This document shows positions 41,589 to 49,631 of a DNA stretch of 64,000 nucleotides, piece by piece. Within the stretch, counting starts at the first letter, position 1. Each line of letters opens with the position of its first letter. The notes beneath the pieces are model-generated. The model was not told the DNA's origin. It searched no databases and worked only from the letters and a program-made list of their open reading frames with translations. This DNA is from Sedimentisphaerales bacterium (GTDB lineage: Bacteria; Planctomycetota; Phycisphaerae; Sedimentisphaerales; UBA12454), in the NCBI GenBank assembly GCA_050014075.1, contig JBEKEA010000007.1, positions 4,119 to 68,118 on the forward strand, in the 5' to 3' direction. A program made the translations under genes and the position numbers.

Positions 41589-42877
41589 TTTGTATTCCTT
41601 TCAGGATTTTGAGATATTTTATTTTCAGGAAATTCTTTTGATAGTTCTACGCCCGTAAGCATTTCAAGCTCTGCAAGTTTTTGCGAGTTGTCGGCCAATG
41701 ACCTTTCATAAAGAAGCTGATAATCGAGCAGCCCCTGCAACGCATCGAGCAGAGCCAGAAAATCAATAGTTCCAGACTGATAAGCGTTTTCAGATGCAAC
41801 CAGGTGTTCCTTTGACTTAGGAATTAAAACGTCCCCGTACAGATGAATTTTCCTCGTGCTGTCCTCGAATTCAAAAAGAACCTGCTGAGTCGTCACGGCA
41901 AGAGTATTCTGCATCTGTTCTTTTTCTTTCGCCGCCTGGTTAACCATCGCCTCTGCCTGTCTTTCGCCGGCTTTATAACTATCCCGCCAAAGAGGAATAT
42001 TGATGGCAACAACTGGCATAATCCTGGAACGGCCGTCCCTGCCCATACCGTCGTCAATTGCAACGCCCAGCCCGATATTGGGATAAAACTTTTTTTCCGC
42101 CAGTTTCTCGCCGCTCCTGGCCGCGTCAATATTGTATCCGAGCGCTTTTATGTCCGGGTTGTTCTGCATTACAAGAGAATATAACATTTCGAAATCCAGC
42201 GTTACCGATTTGCGTTCGGGCTTTGTCGGCCAGCCGAGTTCTGCGACAACAGGCCGATTTAAAATACTGTTTAATCTGATTGCCAGCGGCCGTCGATACG
42301 CGTTAAGACTTTTAATATTGTCTTCAACCGTAGCCAAAGTTATCTGTGCTTTAATTATATCCGGATGCATAGAAGTCATAGCGGCATATCTGCTGCGCGC
42401 GACTTGTTCGAAATGCCTCAAAAGGTCGATATTCTCGTTGGTAATCTCGATAGACCTGTGCAAAAAGCAATACTCATAAAACCATCGTTTTAATTCATTT
42501 AGGATTTCAAGCCGCTTAGCATCATACTTTTTGGAAGCGGCATTTGATAAGGCCGATGCAATATCAGTTCTTGCCGGAATTGTCCCAAACCATGGAAATT
42601 CCTGCATAACTTCAAATGTGCTCCGAGTAGGTGTTTTTTCAGTTGCATAGCCGTATTTTAGCTGCGGGTCAGGAAGCGTCTTTGCCTGTTTTACCTGTTC
42701 GGATGCACCGAGGTATTCCTGATAAGCCGCCTCAAGACCGGCATTGTTCGCTAAAGCAATTGTAATATATTGCTCAAGCGTAACAGGAGAATTGTTATCA
42801 GCAGGTAATGTGGCTGTTTTGGCAGGACATACGGAAATCCATGCCAAAAAAAATAGACAAAAAGTCAAATTTTTCAT
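41585..42877 (-). CDS. TolC-family outer membrane efflux protein (CusC-like)
   Basis: 430 aa from ATG 42877 (MKNLTFCLFF signal peptide). Two-repeat OEP architecture and a 4-nt overlap with the YHS gene. Confidence 0.8.
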   Translation of the reverse strand: MKNLTFCLFFLAWISVCPAKTATLPADNNSPVTLEQYITIALANNAGLEAAYQEYLGASEQVKQAKTLPDPQLKYGYATEKTPTRSTFEVMQEFPWFGTIPARTDIASALSNAASKKYDAKRLEILNELKRWFYEYCFLHRSIEITNENIDLLRHFEQVARSRYAAMTSMHPDIIKAQITLATVEDNIKSLNAYRRPLAIRLNSILNRPVVAELGWPTKPERKSVTLDFEMLYSLVMQNNPDIKALGYNIDAARSGEKLAEKKFYPNIGLGVAIDDGMGRDGRSRIMPVVAINIPLWRDSYKAGERQAEAMVNQAAKEKEQMQNTLAVTTQQVLFEFEDSTRKIHLYGDVLIPKSKEHLVASENAYQSGTIDFLALLDALQGLLDYQLLYERSLADNSQKLAELEMLTGVELSKEFPENKISQNPERNTK

Positions 42878-43001
42878 ATTGAGGCCCCGATTAAATTTGC
42901 ATTGATTATAACAGCACCTCTCACGAATACTCAACTAATTATTTCAATTTAATCCGACAACCCCTAGTCAATTTCAGAGGTATAATTTAAACTTTCGCTC
43001 A

Positions 43002-43736
43002 TTATTTATGCTTGACCGAGGATATACCGGCTTTTCGTTTTTCCAACTCGGCAAAAACCTCTTTTAATAACGGAATGTGCACGTAAGTTAATGTCAGCCT
43101 GCTGTTTTTTTCGGAGCCGGCGTAAGAATTTAATTCGATTCCAATATTGACGCCATCAATGACGGCTTCAAAGGTACTTTTGCCAAGAAGCTGCTCATAT
43201 TTACTTTGATAAGCGGTTTGATAATCTTTCATTAACTGTGCTTTAATCGCGTCGCAATTGGCGGAGCTTGCATCGGTAAACTCAATATCAATCTCATAAA
43301 TCCGCTCATTAAAGGTGCAAACTAAAATTCGTTTTACGTTCGGGTCGTTGTTTTTTACAAACCACACACGGCCGGAACAATTCCTGTCGGTAAAAACATA
43401 ATTACTTTTCGAAATTTTTATACGACTGCGCAAAGCCTTGAGCGGTTCGCCCAGATATACGCCAAAAAACGGCTCAGTAACAGCATTTGTTTTTTGGGAA
43501 GTTTCCTTCCGCTGCTCTTTTGGGGTTATATCAATTCCGGAATTGGCACATAATCTTCTTAAGCGGGCGATTTCATCTTTCTGCAATTCTATTATTTTCT
43601 GCAGATTAGTCACCTGCTGGCTTAACTTCGTGATAGAGTTTTGCAATTCGTCGATTATATTAGGCTCTTCTGTTCTTGCGCAGACAGAGCAAAATAAAAG
43701 AATAACAAAAACGAAAATTCCTTTTTTCATAACCAA
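43002..43736 (-). CDS. Hypothetical secreted protein with an N-terminal coiled coil, downstream of the secretin
   Basis: 244-aa ORF, a signal peptide and a heptad-like segment LQNSITKLSQQVTNLQKIIELQKDEIARL. No known motif. Confidence 0.5.
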   Translation of the reverse strand: MVMKKGIFVFVILLFCSVCARTEEPNIIDELQNSITKLSQQVTNLQKIIELQKDEIARLRRLCANSGIDITPKEQRKETSQKTNAVTEPFFGVYLGEPLKALRSRIKISKSNYVFTDRNCSGRVWFVKNNDPNVKRILVCTFNERIYEIDIEFTDASSANCDAIKAQLMKDYQTAYQSKYEQLLGKSTFEAVIDGVNIGIELNSYAGSEKNSRLTLTYVHIPLLKEVFAELEKRKAGISSVKHK

Positions 43737-43929
43737 CTTGTCTAAAAAGTGTTAAGTATAGGAATTTTATACCAGAGGAGGGACAAAATCAAGTCAAAAC
43801 ACAATATGTTTCCAAGAGCTATTTAGAAAAATAATGATATTGATTTGCTAAATATTATGACTAAATCGCTGAGCTAAAAACACCTGGTAAGCAGTTTAAA
43901 AGTGTCGTAAACCATCGCAAGAGTTAATG

Positions 43930-45393
43930 CTATTTTTTCTTAGCTACTTTCTTAGCTATTGGTTCTTCGGCATTTGTATAGACAGGCGGAGGGCCATTAA
44001 AATCAGTTACCTTTAATTGCTGTAGTTCTGTTGGGGTAAGAACAGGATTATCGATTATTCTTGGAGTTATGAATACAACAAGTTCGCTGATAGTTGAATC
44101 ATCGCCCTGGAACCGGAATGCAGCGCCAACCACAGGCATATCGCCGAGGAAAGGTATTTTATTAATTTGTTTTGTAGTTTCCTTTTTGCGAAGACCTCCA
44201 AGAACAATCGTGCGGCCATTTTCAACCAGCAGCGTTGTATCGGCTTCGCGTTTATCAACAACCGGCTGAGAAAACGTGTTGGTAGCGGTACCAATTATTA
44301 CAGAGCCTGTTTGAACACTGAATTTCGGCTTTAATTGCAATCGTACCATAGCCTCGCGGGTAACATGAGGAGTAACTTCGAGCTCCACACCGACTTCTCT
44401 AAACGCTGTCGAGCCGATACTTCCACCAGAAGAGGTGTCAGTGATTTGCTGATATGGAATTTCAGAAACAATTTTTATATCTGCTTTCTGATTATCAAGA
44501 ACCAGAATTCGTGGATTGGCAAGCAGCTTGGCATCGATATTTTCTTTCTGAGCTCTTAATAAAGCATCTATATCAAGTGTGGGAGTGAGCCAACCGAAAC
44601 GCAACGCTCCTGTAGTACTTTGAGTTTTGCCGGTAGAGCCACTGAAAGCACCTGTCTCAAACGGATTCGTGGAGCCTGTAGGATTTTCGCCTGTTGAAAG
44701 AATTCCTGCTGTGCCGTATGCCGCTTTACCGCCAGAGGTATATGTAGTATTACGGCCTACCTGCCATTCAATACCGAGGTCCATCCTGTCCTTGCTGGTT
44801 ATGTCATAGATTCTCGCTTCAACTTCTATCTGAGGCGTTATTCGGTCAATCTCTTCCATATAGGCATCTATGGCCTTTATTTTGCTTTCACTATCAATAA
44901 CCATTATATTACTAGTGCCGGGATTAGAAGATAACGAGCCTCGCGATGAAATAAATTTCTTTAATGACGCTTCAACCTCTGCGACATTGGCATAAGCAAT
45001 CCGATAAATCTTGCTTACAAGCCTTTCAGATGCTTCATTCATCTCATCAAGAGGTAATACTCTTAACATATTATTACTCGCAACATAGCCGTAACCCTGC
45101 GTGATAAGAATATTATTTAGAGCTTCCTCCAAAGGAATGTTTGTAAGGGTAGCGGTTACATTGCCTATGACCTTGGGGCTTTTGACTATATCAACACCCG
45201 ACTGATCAGCTATTATCCTTAACACATCGTCGATGGGAGTGTTCCTGAAATCAACGCTTATTCTTTTCTGCATTCGCTGCTCAAACGTTAATTTATTTCC
45301 AGTGTTGCTGTCATTAACATCGGCAGCGGCAGCAGCATAGCTTGCGACAAAAACCGTCAATGTTACAAACAATACTAATTTATTAAGCTTCAT
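43930..45393 (-). CDS. Secretin (PilQ/GspD family)
   Basis: C-terminal secretin block IPFLGDMPVVGAAFRFQGDDSTISELVVFITPRII and N-terminal N0/STN-like repeats. The start is moved to ATG 45393 (MKLNKLVLF signal peptide). Confidence 0.88.
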   Translation of the reverse strand: MKLNKLVLFVTLTVFVASYAAAAADVNDSNTGNKLTFEQRMQKRISVDFRNTPIDDVLRIIADQSGVDIVKSPKVIGNVTATLTNIPLEEALNNILITQGYGYVASNNMLRVLPLDEMNEASERLVSKIYRIAYANVAEVEASLKKFISSRGSLSSNPGTSNIMVIDSESKIKAIDAYMEEIDRITPQIEVEARIYDITSKDRMDLGIEWQVGRNTTYTSGGKAAYGTAGILSTGENPTGSTNPFETGAFSGSTGKTQSTTGALRFGWLTPTLDIDALLRAQKENIDAKLLANPRILVLDNQKADIKIVSEIPYQQITDTSSGGSIGSTAFREVGVELEVTPHVTREAMVRLQLKPKFSVQTGSVIIGTATNTFSQPVVDKREADTTLLVENGRTIVLGGLRKKETTKQINKIPFLGDMPVVGAAFRFQGDDSTISELVVFITPRIIDNPVLTPTELQQLKVTDFNGPPPVYTNAEEPIAKKVAKKK

Positions 45394-45446
45394 ATAGTTG
45401 TGCCTTTCATAATATTTTGACACAAAAAAATATCCTTTATCTATCG

Positions 45447-46175
45447 TTATCGCCGGACTTCCTGCGTCCACTTTTTACCGTCAATTTCAAATTCGATATT
45501 GTTTTTATTTATTTTTACTACAGTTGCCCCTGATACCTTGTCGCCCTGGTGCACTATCTTGTCATCAATTACGGCAGACGGGCGTTCACTATAAACAATA
45601 CCTTTGACAACAATGGCTACATTTTCGCCCTGACCGCTGGTAGACACCCCGGCCTGCATAGGGTCGCGAAGTGTTTCCGGATATTTTTCTGGTGTCTGCC
45701 AATTAATTCCCCCTTCGGAACCGCCTGCAGCGCCGCCGGCATTTGTCACTGCTGGATTTTGAGCATTTACTGCCGGTATAACCTGGGCATTTGCCGAAGC
45801 AGGTGTGGACGATTTTAATACATGAGTAACCACAAAAATTAAAATGATAAAGAGAGCTAATATTAAAACAGCCATTTTTTTCTGCTTGGCGACATCAACG
45901 CCGGGTTTAGGCGCAAAAAGTTTATTTTCAATTTGTTTCAAATATTTACGCCAGGGAATCGGAGCAGAATTTTTTACAGCGGCAGTTGATTTTAGAGAAG
46001 CTGTTTGCGGCGACGGCTGGATAGTTTGCCCAGGCCGAACTGATGACGAAAGTAGTTCATCGACTATCAACGGCTGCTCTGAAGCACCGCCTGATTGCTG
46101 CGAATTATCGTTTTTCGGAATCGGCACGCCTTCGAAAATCGCTGAAATTTTCTTGTTTAATCCGTTCTTTGCCAT
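45447..46175 (-). CDS. Bitopic GspC/PilP-like protein (cytoplasmic N-terminus, one TM, Ala/Gly/Pro linker, C-terminal beta domain)
   Basis: TM segment MAVLILALFIILIFVVTHVL. The C-terminal VVKGIVYSERPSAVIDDKIVHQGDKVSGATVVKINKNNIEFEIDGKKW resembles secretin-interacting HR/PilP domains. It lies immediately upstream of the secretin. Confidence 0.5.
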   Translation of the reverse strand: MAKNGLNKKISAIFEGVPIPKNDNSQQSGGASEQPLIVDELLSSSVRPGQTIQPSPQTASLKSTAAVKNSAPIPWRKYLKQIENKLFAPKPGVDVAKQKKMAVLILALFIILIFVVTHVLKSSTPASANAQVIPAVNAQNPAVTNAGGAAGGSEGGINWQTPEKYPETLRDPMQAGVSTSGQGENVAIVVKGIVYSERPSAVIDDKIVHQGDKVSGATVVKINKNNIEFEIDGKKWTQEVRR

Positions 46176-46927
46176 TATACGACCTCTTTAGCCAAAATTT
46201 CGTATTCAATCGCACCCCGACTTCGAGGAGCATAGGACTGAATAGGTTCGCCCGCGCTCGGCGCCTCTGCCAGTTTTATTGTCCTGTGAATAACGGTATC
46301 TAATAGCAGGGTGGTAAAAAATTCTCTCATCTGATCCTGTATCTGCCTGCTGAGGAGAGTCCTGTCTTCCACAAAAGTAAGCAGTATGCCGCATATTTTC
46401 AGGCTGCTGTTGAAACGCACCTTAACAATATTTATGGTCTCAAGCAGCTGTTTTAATCCTTCAAGGGCGTAATAATGAGCTTGGACAGGAATTATTACCT
46501 CGCTGCTGGCTACCAGCGCGTTCAGCGTCAGCAATCCCAGCGACGGCGAGCAGTCGATAACACATATATCAAAATTGCTGTTTACACTTTCGAGCCTTTG
46601 ACTGAGAACATATTCTCTGCCCGTAAGGGATGCCATTTCGACCTCCGCTCCGGACAACAAAATATTGCTCGGAACAAGTCTAAGTCCCCTGATGTTGGTT
46701 TCGAGAATAACCTTAGACATAAGGACTTCGGGGTTGGATATAACATCGTATATTGTTTTTTCTGCCGTTTCAGGATCGTAGCCTAAACCAAGGGTGGCAT
46801 GTCCCTGCGGGTCAAGGTCAATCAGCAATACGCTAAGCCCCTGCCCTGCAAGAGATGCTGAAAGATTCACGGCCGTTGTGGTCTTGCCGCATCCGCCTTT
46901 TTGATTTGCTATCGCTATTGTTCTCAT
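46175..46927 (-). CDS. ParA/MinD/Soj-family P-loop ATPase embedded in the pilus/secretion operon
   Basis: Deviant Walker A AIANQKGGCGKTTTAVNL, then LLIDLDPQG, then Walker B-like VIDCSP. 250 aa with no HTH extension and no adjacent parB. Confidence 0.85.
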   Translation of the reverse strand: MRTIAIANQKGGCGKTTTAVNLSASLAGQGLSVLLIDLDPQGHATLGLGYDPETAEKTIYDVISNPEVLMSKVILETNIRGLRLVPSNILLSGAEVEMASLTGREYVLSQRLESVNSNFDICVIDCSPSLGLLTLNALVASSEVIIPVQAHYYALEGLKQLLETINIVKVRFNSSLKICGILLTFVEDRTLLSRQIQDQMREFFTTLLLDTVIHRTIKLAEAPSAGEPIQSYAPRSRGAIEYEILAKEVV

Positions 46928-46928
46928 T

Positions 46929-47498
46929 TTAACTACCCTGCGGTTTTTTTACGAAAACTGACAAATCCATATTCACCAAACAGGTCAAATCATCCGGGTT
47001 GTCATGAGAAATTGTAAATTTGTCCACGAAAATAACAGGCCGATGTCTTTCCACTGCATTGAGGAAAGCGGCGAATTTATTAAAATCAGCCTTGAAACGG
47101 ATACTTATCTGATTGGCACCGATGTACTGGCAACCAGGTATCTCTTTACTGTCACGATTGTCCTGAACTTTAACACTGAATAAATCAACTTTTATCTCGT
47201 TGGCTATCTGGCCCAGGTCAAATGTCAAACCAACCATATCCTCATGGTTGGCGACAAAACCTTTTAATTTGCTTCTCCATTGCCCCATCTGCTCATTCAA
47301 CTGAACCTGAACATCTTTTTGACTTATCTTTAGCACGGCGTCTAACGTCTGTTTTTTTTCGGTAAGCTGCCGATTAATCTGCTCTCTGCTCGTTCTCTGG
47401 GGCGCCACCAAAATCAAATAAATGAGAAAAAACAGAAGGAAACAGCTCACCCACGCCAAAGCCGCTGATTTAACATATTTTTTATTAACATTAATCAT
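46929..47498 (-). CDS. pilO: PilO-like inner-membrane alignment protein
   Basis: 189 aa: short N-terminus, one TM, a coiled coil and a C-terminal alpha/beta domain. It follows the PilN-like gene. Confidence 0.55.
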   Translation of the reverse strand: MINVNKKYVKSAALAWVSCFLLFFLIYLILVAPQRTSREQINRQLTEKKQTLDAVLKISQKDVQVQLNEQMGQWRSKLKGFVANHEDMVGLTFDLGQIANEIKVDLFSVKVQDNRDSKEIPGCQYIGANQISIRFKADFNKFAAFLNAVERHRPVIFVDKFTISHDNPDDLTCLVNMDLSVFVKKPQGS

Positions 47499-47510
47499 AT
47501 AATAAACCTG

Positions 47511-48164
47511 TCATATCCCCGGTTTAAATGAACAATCTATCTGATACGAAACGACATCCTGCCCTTTTAATTTTTCAACCCCCTGTGAAACACTTATATT
47601 ATCGAGTTGTGGGCCAAATACGGCTGACGAACGAAGGCTGTCCTGAAAATCCCTGATTGACTGTCCATGAACGGATCCTGAAGTTTCAAATACATTTATC
47701 TGCAGTGTTCTTACTGGAACAGAAACATCTGTCGTTTTACCGGTTTCTTTCGAAAAAACTTTTTTCGTAATGTTATCTTCCTTAACATTAATCCCTGTGA
47801 GCAGAATTGAATTCGGCATATTTTTAACTATTTCAACAAGAACCGGTGTCCACTGAATATGGTTCTTTATGTTCGTCGCAACCTCCGACAAGCAGCCATT
47901 CGCAATTTTTTTTTCACTTTCAAATGTCTTTTGCAATGCCGCCGCCTCAGACATTTTACTAATCTGTGTATCGCAGCCTATTATTTCCTGCTTTTGCACC
48001 GATAAGACAATACTGCTTCGCATATAATAACCAAACATTATTAACGCGATAATTACCGGAACCGCCACTGTCACCGCTGCCACAGCTATGTTCTCGGGTC
48101 TGTTCCTGACGGGAATGCCCCGACCTTTCAATAAATCAATTGTGAACATTCTCATATTGCTCAT
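47511..48164 (-). CDS. pilN: PilN-like inner-membrane alignment protein
   Basis: 217 aa: conserved short N-terminus before a single TM (IAVAAVTVAVPVIIALIMFGYY). There is a 4-nt overlap with pilM. Confidence 0.55.
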   Translation of the reverse strand: MSNMRMFTIDLLKGRGIPVRNRPENIAVAAVTVAVPVIIALIMFGYYMRSSIVLSVQKQEIIGCDTQISKMSEAAALQKTFESEKKIANGCLSEVATNIKNHIQWTPVLVEIVKNMPNSILLTGINVKEDNITKKVFSKETGKTTDVSVPVRTLQINVFETSGSVHGQSIRDFQDSLRSSAVFGPQLDNISVSQGVEKLKGQDVVSYQIDCSFKPGI

Positions 48165-49261
48165 ATCGCCCTCATAGCAAGACCTGCTGCAACTGCCATT
48201 CCTGGACCTTTTTTGCGAAGAATCTCCGCATAGGGTGCAGACGCATCATAGCTTATTTTTTCAAATGGATTCCATAACACAACGGCAGGAAACTGAGTTT
48301 TCAGCAAATCTATAAATCCATCAACAAGAGCAAAACCGCCGCAGACGTATATTTTTTCAATCGTCTCAGACTTATTCCGTATGGCGTAATAACGCAATGT
48401 CTCAGTTACATCAGTAATTAATTTATTGCAGGCAGCTTCCATACCTTCACGAAGGCTGGGGTTGATTTTGTCCGGATTTTCATGACCGGCAAGAATACTT
48501 TCGACTGTTCCCGCTGGAACGTTACCATTTGATGCGATATATTCAATAATTGCTTTGCCTGCGAAAGTGAGGTCTCGAATAAAAGGTAAATCATCGTTGC
48601 TTACAATTGCCAGGGTTGCATAAGAGCTTCCAATATTCAATATTGCAGTTGTCTCTGCTGTATATTCCTGGCACCCTCGGAAGCAATTCAAAAGCGCCAA
48701 TCCATCCACATCCACAAGAATACTGTGAAGAGCGGAACTTTCTATAAATCTGGTTTTCTCTTTGAGAAGTTTATTTGTAGTCGCCACTAAAATGCCGTTG
48801 ACGCTATTCGTATCGTTCGATATCAACTGATAATCAACAACGCCATCGTCAGTGTTAAATGGAGAAACCTGTTTCGCTTCAAGCATAACGGCTCCATTTA
48901 TTTCTTCAGGCAATAACTGGGGAAATGCGAAATGACGTACCATCACTTCAGGACCGCAAACCCCGCAGACCGCGAACTCCGTCTGAATTCCGGCTGAACG
49001 AAGACACTTACGGATTGCATTTAAAACGTTACTGCCGCTGTTTTCATCATTACCTTCGATTTCAATTTTCTCTTCAATAGCCGCAATACCGGCCGCGGTA
49101 ACCCTGTAACCGCTGTCGTTCTTGTCAAGTTGAACTATCTTGATTGCGGACGTTCCTATATCCAGACCAAAAACCTCAAGCCGGCCGACATTTAGCTTTC
49201 GTTTCCAGTTTTTATCCGCAAATTTTTTCAGCTTTACTTGTTGTTCTGCAATCCATTTCAT
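48161..49261 (-). CDS. pilM: PilM-like actin-fold pilus assembly ATPase-like protein
   Basis: 366 aa. FGLDIGTSAIKIVQL phosphate-1 motif and GGFALVDGF near the C-terminus, typical of PilM/FtsA-like proteins. Confidence 0.8.
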   Translation of the reverse strand: MKWIAEQQVKLKKFADKNWKRKLNVGRLEVFGLDIGTSAIKIVQLDKNDSGYRVTAAGIAAIEEKIEIEGNDENSGSNVLNAIRKCLRSAGIQTEFAVCGVCGPEVMVRHFAFPQLLPEEINGAVMLEAKQVSPFNTDDGVVDYQLISNDTNSVNGILVATTNKLLKEKTRFIESSALHSILVDVDGLALLNCFRGCQEYTAETTAILNIGSSYATLAIVSNDDLPFIRDLTFAGKAIIEYIASNGNVPAGTVESILAGHENPDKINPSLREGMEAACNKLITDVTETLRYYAIRNKSETIEKIYVCGGFALVDGFIDLLKTQFPAVVLWNPFEKISYDASAPYAEILRKKGPGMAVAAGLAMRAI

Positions 49262-49308
49262 AGGAATTCCGCTATTTTTTTATTCATAAACATTACAGTC
49301 CTGGCTTC

Positions 49309-49375
49309 ATCCCGTTAGAGACAGGCCGTCTCGAACATCCATCAGACATCTTTAATGACTTGTCTCTAACGGGAT
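49309..49375. repeat. Perfect 15-bp inverted repeat (atcccgttagagaca / tgtctctaacgggat) with a 37-nt spacer containing a nested gagac-aggcc-gtctc hairpin
   Basis: Read directly in the 370-bp ORF-free gap between the 627-aa pseudopilin-like gene and pilM. Confidence 0.85.
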
Positions 49376-49631
49376 TCGTATCTTTTATCGACCGAAAAAA
49401 AACATTGTTTTACCTGGAAATAAGATGTTTAAGCCCTATCATCCAATATGATAACTTTAGACATTAAGTCCAATAACTATTATGGATTTGGTATGTTATT
49501 GAGGGTTGTAAGGTCTATAAGGTCTTGTCTCTGTCAAAACCTGTGGAATTTATTTATTCAAAAAAATTTTCCACCGAGTTATCGGACGCAGGTTATGCAA
49601 ATCCTATAAATTGTATGACCGATTAACTCGG

